From assembly GCF_964204645.1 (NCBI RefSeq), contig NC_134026.1:18448150-18512149 (forward strand): DNA of 64,000 bases, written 5' to 3'. Below, one piece after another: positions 50,601 through 63,300 of this stretch. The translations under genes were made by a program, and so were the position numbers. The stretch's first letter is position 1. The number at the start of each line of letters is the position of its first letter. Origin of the DNA: Tubulanus polymorphus (lineage: Eukaryota > Animalia > Nemertea). The notes below the pieces were generated by a model. That model was not told where the DNA came from and did no database searches. It worked only from the letters and a program-made list of their open reading frames with translations.

Positions 50601-52533
50601 TTGGGTGGTTGATGTAAAGAATGGTTCTGGAAGTGTCACTTATGGTGGAAAAGGTATGTGTAACTGGGAGGTAAATTTTGAAAGACATTTCTTGGAGTCC
50701 ACCTAAGAAGCGTGAAAGACATCTGTTGTGATTCAGCAATGTTTTAAGTATCTGAGCAATTTCGAGTAGAGTAAATGTATGGTTTAACATGGGAGCCAGA
50801 AACAAGAAAATTAATTTTAGAAAATTATTTGACGCCTGCGAAAAAAATGTAGAATTTCTGGGCTAAGCTAATGTGGAATTGCAAATTTGAAATCGAAGTT
50901 TTAAGAAGAGATTTGGCGATTGGGTAGATGATACAGGTCTTCGACTCTAGAAGTAGTTTAAATTTTTTTATTGAAAATTCTCAATAATTGATCGCGAACT
51001 TGCGACCGACTTCATTTACTTATGCCTCTAAGCTGGTCTGCAACTTCATAGCCTCCATGGTTGAAGAAAGAGCTCTTCTGATGTCTGCTTCATCATGACT
51101 TCGAGCATATCGTGTGGCCTAGCTGGCCGGCCCGGGCCACGGGTTTGGCTGTCACTCGATATCCTAGAGTCTTGAGTCTGGGTGGGTTGAAGTAGACATT
51201 GTGATTTAAAATAACATGCTTATGTTGTTCTGTATGAATTACCCATGTGTCATGTATGTTGTATTAATTTATTTTAAAATTTGTATTTATTGAATTTGGG
51301 AATTTTATCCCGGAATTTCAATGTAATAAGGATCAATAAAGAATTGAATTGAATTGTCACCTAATGCACATGCCATCAGAAGACGCGGAGCCGTATATGA
51401 CAGCTATGCTATTATAAATTGCTAATCTCACGAAACCTGCATACTCCTAATATCAAACATATTTTCTAAAACGTTTGAATATTGAAATTATATGTTTACA
51501 CATTTTCATATTGACCGCTTGTAGCCGCTGATGAAATTCACGCCGGCCCTACACACATCGTAGATAGCTTCGTCATTCCACCGGCATGCCCACGTCAGGG
51601 TCTGACTTTTATATCAGACTTCCAAATCGTGTATACATCCGCCATTTAACCGAATAATCCGATTTACTTATCATTTCTATTTATGCCTGTCGCTTCTGAT
51701 ATAATCATACATCCTTTACTATTACAATACGTCTTCTAATGATATTCAATGCAATATAATATTTCGACGTTCAAATATAGGTCATTATATAATCACAGGA
51801 AGCCATTCTACATCTATGTCAATAATATTTTGCCAGATAGCTTGTTTGTGTACGCATAGACCTGTGACGTTTTGCACATCGATTTACGGCTGTCGTTTGT
51901 AAAATGACGCTGAATGGTTAACATTGTTTAGGTTTCATAATGGTAACGTTTTATAAGGCGTCAAAAAAATCAAACAAAAATATGTACTGAGTTGAACGGA
52001 CTTTCGACTTAATAGGATTCGAGTCGTGCACAATCTACTGTATGAAGCCATTTGGTTTTCACACAAATTCAATAGGGGTGAGTCCAAAATATCCAAATCA
52101 AAGGGTTTCTGGGTGGACTCTCGACTAAGATTGTCTATTACACAATCTTGATATCTAGTTTGTATTGTCTGTAAATATTCTAAGATCTAAATGTGAAATT
52201 CTTACAACGCTTATTTTGTGAATTTTTCTGCTGTGTAGCAAAAGGAGATGTAACGATAACAATGGCTGATGAAGATATGCTAAAGCTGATGTTGAACAAA
52301 TTAAACCCACAAAAGGTTTGTTTTGATGTATGACACGCTGTTGAATTTGATAAACTTTTTTGATAATCGAACTATTATTTATAATTAAAGCGAATGGTGA
52401 ACTCTAGTAGATCTGATTCTTTCTGTTTTGCTTTCAGGCCTTCTTTCAAGGCAAACTGAAGATATCTGGAAATATGGGATTGGCGTACAAACTCAAAGAA
52501 TTCCAACCGAAGACTAAAAAGGCTAAACTTTAA
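35496..52533 (+). CDS. SCP2: Sterol carrier protein X / SCP2 (SCP2-type thiolase plus SCP2 domain, PTS1), 18 exons, about 541 aa
   Basis: [21 protein letters not shown] start; thiolase fingerprints [30 protein letters not shown]; SCP2 domain [10 protein letters not shown]...[16 protein letters not shown]; C-terminal AKL*. Exons: 35496-35543, 37694-37751, 39693-39764, 41200-41264, 41557-41620, 42220-42284, 43411-43537, 43762-43825, 43986-44072, 45266-45416, 46089-46140, 47150-47245, 47850-47957, 49076-49229, 49738-49846, 50521-50653, 52239-52315, 52438-52533. Total 1626 nt. Confidence 0.97.
36156..36658. mobile_element. ~500-bp fully palindromic (fold-back) MITE with TA TSD
   Basis: Ends CTAATGTCTATTTCAACCTGACTTGAGAGCATTCCGG / CCGGAATGCTCTCAAGTCAGGTTGAAATAGACATTAG flanked by TA; the arms pair all the way to a short central loop. 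Confidence 0.9.
37867..38029 (+). mobile_element. DINE/HINE-like family 2 fragment abutting copy C
   Basis: Starts TTTTAGCCCAGTTGGGA; matches the reverse complement of about 23550-23690. Confidence 0.65.
38030..39150 (+). mobile_element. DINE/HINE-like family 1 copy C (3'-truncated, ~4 monomers)
   Basis: Reverse-complement match to copies A and B starting at TTTTAGCCCACTTGGGACTTTAGTCCCAGCGGGCTA. Confidence 0.85.
39151..39532 (+). mobile_element. DINE/HINE-like family 3 element
   Basis: CGTCTGTCCGTCCG microsatellite followed by ~130-bp tandem units (CTACTAGTC...AATCAGATC.ATTCCA.ATTT.GTATGAATGTTCTATG) and an end GGCTCCTTGT. Confidence 0.55.
39930..40578 (+). mobile_element. DINE/HINE-like family 1 copy D (complete ends, ~1 monomer)
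   Basis: Both termini present (TTTTAGCCCAC...GGACCCCTAGTT). Confidence 0.85.
43092..43256. mobile_element. PIF/Harbinger-like MITE
   Basis: 26-bp TIR GGGATCATTCATTTAATACGTACGCA / TGCGTACATAATAAATGAATGACCCC; 3-bp ATA on both sides. Confidence 0.75.
44840..44879 (-). ncRNA. Minimal hammerhead ribozyme motif (antisense copy)
   Basis: On minus: cac-CTGACGA-t-gatctc-tagggt-gagatc-GAAAcGTC-gtg. Confidence 0.6.
44887..44928 (+). ncRNA. Minimal type I hammerhead ribozyme motif (sense to SCP2 pre-mRNA)
   Basis: acac-CTGACGA-t-GATCTC(tagggt)GAGATC-GAAAC-GTC-gtgt: intact core, helix I ACAC/GTGT, 6-bp helix II, palindromic ACGT in place of helix III. Confidence 0.7.
45610..46022. mobile_element. hAT-like MITE with a 5-bp TSD
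   Basis: TIR CAGGGTCCCTA / TAGGGACCCTG, AATGA duplicated on both sides, repeated internal CTCCTT motifs. Confidence 0.7.
47440..47752 (+). mobile_element. DINE/HINE-like family 1 copy E (old 3' fragment)
   Basis: Diverged monomers and the end GGTGTCCCTGGACCTCTAGTT. Confidence 0.7.
48059..48551. mobile_element. pogo/Tigger-like MITE
   Basis: TIR CAGTAGAACTGGCGCAAGTTGGACA / TGTCCGACTTACGCCAGTTCTACTG, TA on both sides. Confidence 0.85.
50988..51356 (+). mobile_element. 5'-truncated non-LTR retrotransposon (LINE) 3' end
   Basis: Short open frame ...[23 protein letters not shown] (stop 51096-51098) resembling ORF2 C-termini, GC-rich hairpin GTGGCC..GGCCAC at 51114-51140, then AATAAA and a (GAATT)3 tail. 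Confidence 0.55.
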
Positions 52534-52965
52534 TTAATGACTCCATAGAAACCAAAGATCACTTATTATTTGAGGTTGATTTGATAATTGTATCTCTATT
52601 AAGCAGGCTGCAAAGATTCTAATTCATTCAGAATTATATGCTTTTTGGTTTTTCATAAGGCATGTGTTGGTGGGGACAACGTTGGCCCAATAAGCAGGTG
52701 ACACACGACTAAGTTATGATTTTTCATCATCTTTCAGCAGGTCACAAGCCTAGATAGGTATCGTGATTTAGATTTTGGAAATATGATACCAAGGGTGTGC
52801 TAGTGTAGCACCTATTCATGATACACCTGTCTGTCTGGCCGTGCCCATAGCCAATACTAAATAGTGTTTGTTTCTTCCTTGTGTAGCCTGCACTAAAACT
52901 AATGTAGAATTGTACGTCGTATTCATGTATTCTAGTGTAAAATAATTTATATGAATATTGTGCCA

Positions 52966-52971
52966 AATAAA
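52966..52971 (+). terminator. Candidate SCP2 polyadenylation signal AATAAA
   Basis: Canonical hexamer about 430 nt after the stop, with T-rich sequence downstream. Confidence 0.45.
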
Positions 52972-54589
52972 ATGTATATTCTTATTGAAATTATATACTG
53001 TTCCAAGATAATGTTTTGATTTAATCTACAATGGAGGGTACAGCCGTTGCAGTTTGTAGGAAATTATTTGAATCATTGTCTGTTACTAAAATGAAAGTAG
53101 AAGAGTAAAATCTCATCCCATACTTTGGAGAAAAAACAACCGAGTTGACCCTAATTTATGGAAGTACGGTATACTACGCCCAAACTGGTACAGTTGGGAG
53201 CTTTTCTACAGTATTACGTGATTACCAGTTGGAAGAACCGCACATTCGAACAAGTCCTTCTATAGACTTGACATTTTATTTTTTCTTAAATTCTGTGACA
53301 CTTTCCTCCATTTCAGTTCACGCATGATGCACTTTCATAATGGAAACTAAGGCCAATTTAGGCTGTGAGTGTGCAGTTATAGTGACAACATAGGGCCTCA
53401 TATGAATCGCCAATGGACATAGAAGATTTATAGTATTTTAAAATACAGTATTGTAGGCGAAGGGCCGTGACTGGTTTAGGCGCAGAACGGACGGAAATGA
53501 AGTCATTTCCGCCTAAGTTCGCGCCTATTTTGCCAAATTGAGCAGACTTCCAGACCAGTACAGGTTAAGTGTACTACTATATTAAGGACAAAAATGTATA
53601 AGCATATGGGGAATTGAAATATTTTATCAATTTGGAAATAAAGTCTGTTATGATGCCATCTTTTTAATGATATTGCTCGCTTAATGCCAACATTTTCAGT
53701 AACCAAATTTGCTCAATCTAACTCAAATTCAATGATGATACCGTTCTTTATAATGCTTTTCCATTGTTCCAACAGTGGCATTATAACGGACTTGGACTGT
53801 GTGTTGAAACAATCATAAGCCGCGTTCACACTAGATTCGGCGCTTACTAAGTACTGTACTTAGCTGTCGCTCACCTAAATACGGCGCTTATACACCCATT
53901 TACGTTCACACTACGAGTCAGCAATTCGACACTTAGTAAGTCCAGTTGAAAACAGATCAAATAACACAAACGCATGGATTCAGTTTTCATGTATACAATG
54001 ATGATCTTTATTTACATGATTAATCTAGTCTTAATCAGACTCTAGCGCGTTGCTTAGCACAAAAAATATTGCCGATTGTCAAGAAAAAACTCATTTGTCA
54101 ACCCTATAAAATCTATTCTGCTTTTCATAAATTTTTAGAGGACCTGACAGATCCTAGAGACAGCATCTTTTTTATCGAAAACAAAACCATCGCATTATCT
54201 CTTCACTAGCTCATAGATACAGAGTTTATATTTCCATAATTAACCGAATTAGGTTCAGCGGTATACAGCTGCCAAATGTTCCTGATTTTCAGTACCGGTA
54301 TTTATTATTTTTTTCGACTGTAATATACTGATCTCATTTGTATGGTGTGTATATAGAACATAAAAATTCGAACATTATAATTCCCAATGAAATGTACCGG
54401 TAGTGAGAAATATTTCATTTTAATACTGGTAGCCCCCTCCAGGAGATTGGCAGCTCCACCGTAAGGTGTCCAAATTACATGACAATCTTCTTTTTCTAAC
54501 GCGAAGTTAAAGGGTTAAATAACCCACTTTGATTAATTTAGCCCATATAAACCAAAATGTCCGCATCAAATAGAATACATTATTCTTAA

Positions 54590-55036
54590 CCTATTAGCAT
54601 TCAAGCCACCTGCATCCACCCTGCCTATTACTCCTCAACTACCCGAATCTGCCCAGACTCTTAGCAGTAATCGAGCCAAAATAGCTTTAGATAAACTAAA
54701 CACCAAAGACATCAAAATTCTGCGTAGGAATCAACATCTTCTTAATTTGAAATTCTTGAGAATTTGGACATGAATGATCTGAGCGCTCACTTATTTCCAA
54801 GTAAGTCTTGATGAATTTCGGAGGTCACGACTTTGGTGGCCCAACTCCTCAAATCTTATACATTGTATCATTTGAAAGCCTTGTCTTTTAACTACAAAAT
54901 AACACTTGACTTTTCATACATGAAAATAAACTGGAAATGAGCTATTCTGTTACGCGATAAATGTGGATTTTCCCTGAAATTTGAAGGAGTAATAGACACT
55001 ACATTTACATTAGTGAAATTCCTAAATGCTAATGGG
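54590..55036. mobile_element. piggyBac-like MITE (same family as 17833-18211)
   Basis: TTAA-CCTATTAGCATT...AATGCTAATGGG-TTAA; internal similarity to the NIPBL-intron copy. Confidence 0.8.
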
Positions 55037-57370
55037 TTAAAATTTTGTCAGTAAGTATGGTTCCACAATTGGATCTAACATAGTGAAAGAGTATACTATT
55101 ACTATCAGTGTAGCTGCCTGAAGAATTTTCATTTGATTCCATCACTCATTTAGTTTCATTAGAAGCCAGGGCATCATTTCACCAAACAGTTAACGCAAAT
55201 TCTGGAATTCCCAAAAAACCTGGGATGGTATATTCAGCAATGAAGGCAAGTACTGTTATTCACACATAGTGCTCTGTCGTATCAAAAAATTCAAGCTATC
55301 ACCTAAATACGCTAGCCCTTCAGTTTTGAAAAACACAGTCCAGTTATTCTCATCAGTCAAAATTTGCTTTAAAAAGTCAGGTTCGAGAATTGTGCATTGA
55401 ACTGCTGAAATAGTTTAAAGAGCAGAGAGCAAACTGTAAAAAAAAATCACTGAGTTTTTTCAAAGGTAACTTTCCGCCATGAATTTTTGTCTAGTATTGA
55501 ATCAGCGACTTAAATATTCCTTAAGTCTAGCGGACAGGCAGTACCTACGTTCACAAATCGATTATGCAATAATTCAATGCAAATTTCCCAAGATAAATAA
55601 ATAAACAGATGGATCACAATGTTTTCAATCAAAGATTTATAGGTTAGAATTCTATCAGCAACCAAGTGTCTCTTCCTGATCAATGCTCCTTTTCTGGCGT
55701 CTTCCCGTGCTACTAATAATGCCCTCAATGGCACTTCGTCCGTCGATTGATTTATTAAACAAAATTACATTTTTTATTAAGTTTTGAGAAACGTTTAATC
55801 TGATTCAGCGATGGGGCACCCAAAAAATAGGGCCTATAATATGAATAAGAGGGCATCTCGAATGAAAGATAAATTTGAAAATCTTAACTTATTTTTTGGA
55901 AATACAGAGACCAAGCTAATAGATCATCACTTATCTATACAGGAAATTTACGTCACCCTATTTATGAAATACCCCGGTACATATTAATTAAATAGATATT
56001 CAGATGATCAGATTTTTTGAATTCACAATAAAAATCATCTTCAGGGAAATCAAATATTTAATATCTTTCCCTGAAGTTGAGTGTTAGTGGAGACTCGACA
56101 TGTAAAGCCAAGCTCAGGTTGACTTATGACCCAATCAGAATGTTGTAAGAACAGTGGTAGTCCACACGTGGCTGCTGATTGCTTATTCCTTGGTCCCACG
56201 ATTTTAAGAGCACTAAGATCCGCTACGACTCAATCATCGCTGAGTCTCAGTCATGTGACGCAATACTTGTAGATGATTCGCGATGACATTAAGATCGGTT
56301 GTAGAAATCCTTGCAATTTCGGGTTATGATTGGTCTAAGTAAACTCATGTCAGAATGGATTCTGATTAGAAAATTGCACACTCGCCTGCTTACGATCCGA
56401 TCCTTACCGATTGGATCTTTGTCAACCAGAGTTCAGCTTAAGGATCAAATAAATGAAAGGCAAATTTTTAAACCGCATCAGACACTCATATTATACTTTC
56501 AAACGTGTTATCTATGCTTAATATCTATTTATTCATTGTGTGGTTCTATTAAATATCACTTATAATTGAGCCAGTGCAGAAATTCTATCATGAAAATCTG
56601 AATAATCTTTAGAATTGTACAGAAATCAATGCTGACATGTTCTTATAGACAAAAATCCACAGTGAAAAATTCCATCTTTATTTTAAGCAGACATCAGAAT
56701 ATCGGTTTACACACAAGCATTAACAGGCTGTGAGGCACGTATCAAAAACTATCAGAGCTACGAAGATAAAATAATCTTTTTTTTTTACATATAAAGATAT
56801 GACTAGCATTATACCGGTGTATAAATATAGTGTGAAAAAGATCAACAGAGAAAATAGTGACGCAAAAATCAGTCAGCTCAGGGCTCACGATGATGGTGAA
56901 CTTAATATCATCAAAGCCCTATGTTTTGCTTTATTGTTTAGAACTCCGACCGGGTAGTGCGCCCCGATCTTTGAATTTATCCTACAATAAGTCAGCATGT
57001 ATTGCGAGGTCGGCCCGGAGATTCATCACCTGCTGGTTCTAGTTTAATAACAAGCTCACGCTATGTAAACGCGCGAAAAGATTCTCTAAGCCACTTTGCA
57101 CAGCGATGAAGATAACGTTTTCAAAATGTCGGATTAAATCCAATCAGCGGCTAGTCATTTCCGAGGGATTCTACGCGTGGCGCGCACCGCTGCTGTGACT
57201 TAAAATCCGTCCTGAGAATATGATTAAAACACGAGTGTCATATCGGCGCTAGTCTGTCCTAGATTCGTCAGCGGCACGTCCATGCCCATCAGCGGTTCGT
57301 CTTTTTCGTCGTCGTAGCCCATAAATCGTTGACTAAGCAGGACATGTAGTAGAGTCGTCTCCATGAAGTG

Positions 57371-60300
57371 TCATAAGTCCGGGAATCGATTTGGATCCTC
57401 GTGATAGTCCGATGGAATTTTGAACAATGAGTCCGATATGTTGTCTCGATAGTCGAACACTTGAAACGTAATCTTGGCACTGACTGTCGGAAATACTGGG
57501 ATTTCTGTAAGAAACGCGATAATGTAGATTGTTAATTAAAGTACTACACTCAAACACTGATACAAAGTGGTGAATCAAGGAAATTTTCCTTTTGGGGGGA
57601 ATGAAAAACCCATATTTCAGCTAAATTGCGTAACATTTTCAAAGCATCTCCATCCTCCCCGGCAGGGATTCGAATGTAATGGCATCGAGTTTGCTAGATA
57701 CGAAACCCATCCACACTAGCCTGAGTGCGCAGCTACGCATGCAGCTTAGATGATGTCATTATTAGCCAATAAGATATCTCATTTCATTTTAGCCCGGGTT
57801 TTTCCAATTATAGTTCTTCCGTTTATAAGCAATTAAGAGGATGACTGTAAAACCTTGACTGTACTGTAAAAGTTTTGCAGCCACTTTTAACCCTTGTGCT
57901 GTGTATGCACTTGTACTGACCAGTGCGTACTGCATTTCTCGAAAAAAAATTCTGAATTTTCAACTCTATTTCATGTAAAGATTGTCTTACATGCGTTTCT
58001 TTTCAATTAGCTCTGGGCTTAAGCTCACAAGCAGGTGTCACTCATATGACATTTCTAAAACGTCAAGAGCAGCAAAAGGGTTTTGGGGCACCATTAGTTC
58101 ACTTCCTGGGCAATGTATCATCATTATTCAAGTGGAATTGCAACTCAGTAGACGTGTTCTAATAAATTATTCTAACTAAACTAAGGTCGCACATTTTCTA
58201 CCTTTGGAGAAACTGATCCTCTAATCATAACAGATCTGAGAAAATGAATAACGTTTCTTTTCTCTTTTCTCACCTATTTTCACAGGAAATCCGGGCGGCA
58301 ATTTGTTAGTCATAAATTCTCGTAGTTTATTGAAATGTTTAAATGGTGCAATCACTTCCAAAACATCTAACAACCTGTAATATTGAAAATAGCCTTCCTA
58401 TATTGCAGAAAAACATACATACAGCTTATCATTCTGTGCAAAAACAGTATCCAAAGGATAGATAAATAAGTATGGTAGTCAGCGATATCATATATACTTA
58501 CACTTCAACTGTCATTGGAAAGTCTTGACTCTGAAAAATTTTCATGAGTGACAAACATTTCAAACTAAAGAATATCTGACCCACGATGAAAGAGACCAAA
58601 TGTTGGAAATGATACTTCATATTGTTTTAGTAAACCAGTACGTTCACAATTACAATTCACTTCCAGAGAGACTAATACTTACCATAGCTAGTGTGGCTTT
58701 AAAATGTTTGGAGGTGTGTTTTAGATGGGGTTTTCTCCCTAGATATGGTGGATGACCGGCTGGTGCTTGCAGATATTGTTCCCACGTAAGTTTACATCCC
58801 ATTGGAGCAATGAGTGATGGACGCCTTTGTATCTGTACATAAAATGAAATCATTTTTGAAACCGCAAACGAATGACAAAAAATAAGTTGCCAGTATTTGA
58901 AATTCACTTGGAGAAAATTTCATGCTTAATATTGAAAACATAGCAAATTTGACTCCTGCATAGTCAAATTGACAGAAGACGGACTTCAACGGTACAGGGA
59001 CCCCATGCCAGCCTGGTGCACTGCTCGACGGTCTATGGTATGATATTACCGTATTAGTGCTGACCAAATTAAATGACACAAAGATTTTAATCATTACTAT
59101 ATACATTGTAGTATAAACATGAAAGCTTTATCAATTAGTATAATCAAATATACTCTTCATATGATAATAATACCACATAAAAATAAAAAATTTTGTAGTC
59201 ACACAAAATTGTTTCAGTACGTGATTAAATACATTACATCATGATGTAAAAAGGATAAGATAGTATCTATTATAAAAATCCAAAATAATATGAAATGGTG
59301 TAGGTTTAGGAGGTTTAACATTGATAGAACAAAACGTTATCCAGAGAAATCTGCCAAAGTTTCAATAGCTGAATTAGGGGTTGTGTTGCAGGCAGTTATG
59401 TGATAAAGCCACTTCATCGGACAAGTATAGCACCCAGGAAGAAAGCCACTAAATATTTGGATGGATATATGAAAGCTGTGGGTACTGGAGTGTGTAATGG
59501 GTAGTGTAGTGTGATCTGTGTGCATTTTGGTGGCCAGCACACATATCACATTGTTCATTGGGGTTTAGTCCAGGACTCGCGAGATTTTCAACAACACGGA
59601 AGTAACGTGTAACAAATGATGACTTGAATTGCATGACTACCTACCACCCCTCATTATTGTTGGAAAACTAAACGTTCCGCACTGACTAAAAATTAGTAAT
59701 AATAATCAATAACATTTTAGAAATGGCCAGAATTTTAACTTAGGTTCTATCTCATTTTTATTTTACAATTGCGATTGGTATAATTTTTTTTTAAACGGCC
59801 GTTAAGGCTTCATGTTTCGTCTGCAATTCACTGCAAATAGTTACGCAACTACGCACATTTCAGTGTTTTTGGCAGCTGTACACTCAATCGGCACCGTTCG
59901 TGACTAGCTTCACTGCGGAATTATCATTAATTAACATCGCCATATCACATCATAAACTTATATTGTGCCTTAAAACCCTAACAGCCGAAATAATTGAAAT
60001 ACACACACGATTTCTATCATTGAAAATTGAGAGAATGGCCGTGTTTGTGTTCTGCTGCTTCGCGTAAATCCCGCGGGGTGGCGCCACCGCGCGGAGTGGG
60101 GCCGATACGTCCAGGAAGATAGACACTCTAAATATTTGGATGGATATATGAAAGCTGTGGGTACTGGAGTGTGTAATGGGTAGTGTAGTGTGATCTGTGT
60201 GCATTTGTGGCCAGCACACAGATCACATTGTTCAATGGGGTTTGGTCCAGGACTCGCGTGATTTTCAACAACACGGAAGTAACGTGTAATAAATGATGAC

Positions 60301-63300
60301 TTGAATTGCATGACTACCTGGAAAACTAAACGTTCGGCAATGACTAAAAATTAGTAATAATAATCAATAACATTTTAGAAATGGCCAGAATTTTAACTTA
60401 GGTTCTATCTCATTTTTATTTTACAATTGCGATTGGTATAATTTTTTTTTAATCGGCCGTTAAGGCTTCATGTATTGTCTGCAATTCACTGCAAATAGTA
60501 ACGCAACTACGCACATTTCAGTGTTTTTGGTAGCTGTACACTCAATCAGCACCGTTCGAGACTAGCTTCACTGCGGAATTATCATTAATTAACGTCGCCA
60601 TATCACATCATCAACTTATATTGTGCCTTAAAGCCCTTACAGCCGAAATAATTGAAATGCACACACGATTTCTAACATTGAAAATTGAGAGAGTGGCCAT
60701 GTTTGTGTTTGCTGCTTCGCGTAAATCCCGCGCGGTGGCGCAACGCGTGGAGTGGGGCCGATACGTCAAGAACTATGGTTGGTTCAACTGGCAGCCCACC
60801 AATGTACTATATCAGTTCTGAAATTATCGGGATGTGGTCAGGCCCAGTAGTACTCGAGTCACAACTCATCAAAATAATGATAGGAACTAATATCAAACAA
60901 CTGCACGCCTAGCATCTCATTTTGTAAGCCAAAGAGCATGTTTTATATGGAATTATGGCAATAAATTATTAGCATTATCATTAGCGGTCTATGGTAATGG
61001 TTGGACTGGAAGCAGCTTCAAAATTCTATCAATCGACTTAAACGAATGAAAAAAACCATTCTACTCACATCACAGTTTTCAATGATTGTGCCTTTACTTA
61101 AACTTTCCATGAGTGCTTTGTTTTTTTGTAGATCTTCTTCTGACAAATGTTCCCGCCTTTAAAAAGTATGGTTATCATTAGAACGAGCTATGCCGATGCA
61201 GTACTACTTAAAACTCTGCGTAATAGGCCTAACTCAACAAGATGATTCATAGAAAATTTTTTCCACTTAAACTCTCCATTCATAAAATCTGTTCACGTAA
61301 AGTAGTCTTACCTTTTTCGAGTGTCCAAAGTCATACCATGAACAGCATAGAAATCGGCTTGAAAAGCACCAACCATTTCCTAAACAAGAATAAGAAGTAC
61401 ATAATCTATTCAAATGAAGCAATAAAAGAAAAGGACACAAATGCCAGTTTATCTACGGTAGAGAACAAACTTCTGTTTCACAAAGTATTCAGACTTAAAA
61501 TTTGTGAATAATTTGATGTGGTCACCATAGAAAACTAGCTTCTTTGATAAGGACAACATACTGGTTAGAAAAAACAATTTTGAGGAAAAAGGCTATGGAG
61601 TCACAATTGGCTCCTAATTCTAACATCCAACTCAGGTAACCTAATGCGCATGTCTGAGGACAAACTTCATTGTTAGTACCAATGCAGGGGTATAATGCAA
61701 GTAAATCTTATGTCTCATGTACACAATAATACCTGGTATTGAAAAACGTGTGACTCAAGTAAGATCAAAGATACATGAAAAATCTATACTATTAATAGTG
61801 CTAACAGAGGATTGAACTCTGTTAATACTGCATGGATCTTTATAAATTTTTGCCTGTTGACAGCTACTTTTCAATACCATACCTGTGCAACTTGGCTATT
61901 CTGTAAGTTGAAAGCAATAAAGTGGCCCCCAAAATATATTTCAGGCATCTGTCAGTACACTCACAGTGGCTCAATAGGTATAGGAAACGAGCTCAGAGGT
62001 TTGACTCATGCATGGGGAATATAGAACTATATATACTCAGAACTTCCTATAGTTCTATTCCATGAGGGGCCCGAGACATGTTCAGTAGGTGAAGGACCCG
62101 GTCTCCACAGAGACAGGTAATCTAAGTTCCAGAGATCCCACCTGACCTCCACAACACAGGAGATCACATACCACATATATCTAAACATTCTACAATGTAC
62201 CGTTGCCTTCTTAATTCACAAATTCACTGAAAAGGTTGAATCTCCGGCCTAGAAAACCCCTTTTTGTTAGTCTATAACAATATTCATGTGTGCGTTCACT
62301 TACAGTTTTGTCTGCCCTGAATATAAATCCTTTTTGAGCACGAGTAAATGAGATATTTTTCGTTGGCATTTGAGCAGCGACGATATCACTACTCATCAGT
62401 ATATCCACTTCATCTTCAATCTCTGATTCTGACTCCTAATTAAGATAAATAACGTATTGCTTGTAAAGATCGATATGCCAATTTCACCTATAGTAAGCCA
62501 ACACTAGATTGTTTCGATTAACTTGCAAACACGCTCCCAAATCAATATTCTTTTGGAAAAAACTTTCAAATGCCTTAGTCCCAAAAAATGAAGCGTTAGT
62601 TTCCAGTCCATTCATCAAAATAATTTGGGCAGTAGGGAAGCTAGTAAATTTGTCATTGAAAATGTTCAAACAATTTGAAATTTGCTTGAATGTCTTGTTT
62701 ATCTTTAGAAAATTATGGTTCATGGTTCATTTATCAATTAAATGTTTCCATGAATAATGACAATAGCGTTATTACTAGGCGATGCCAAAGACACGAAAGT
62801 ACACCGGAGCCACCCATTGATATCTCCGGCTATTCTCTGACCAATTACATTTATGCATAGAAATGACGCTTCACTTTCTCATCAATCAAACTGACAATAC
62901 TAAATATTCTAACTTATCTTTTCATACGGAATGAATCAAACCATATACGAACTCGATCAAAACAATATTCACATTAACAAACTGACCAAGTTACGCCTTA
63001 AAAAGTTGCTGAAACACGAAAGATGCATCCGACAATTAGGGGCCAGTTGCTCAAAAGTTAGTAATAAAAGATACCCAGCAGATAAATACGATGATAATAA
63101 TAAACTTAAAATTAATTTTCACTATGTCAACTATCCACTGGTTAACTCTAAAAAAACATTTGAGCAACTGCAGCCCCTGATTGATATCCACAAAATCATC
63201 ATACACACCTCGTTGCGAATCTTTTGATAGCATCGAACTTTATTGTCTAACACCGTTAATGAGTTGTTTGGTTTGGCTTCGCCGTTGAATATGAATGTTA

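Noticed and set aside
57650-57745. tRNA gene
   Set aside because: Only a B-box-like string; no cloverleaf, and it matches the fold-back repeat family.
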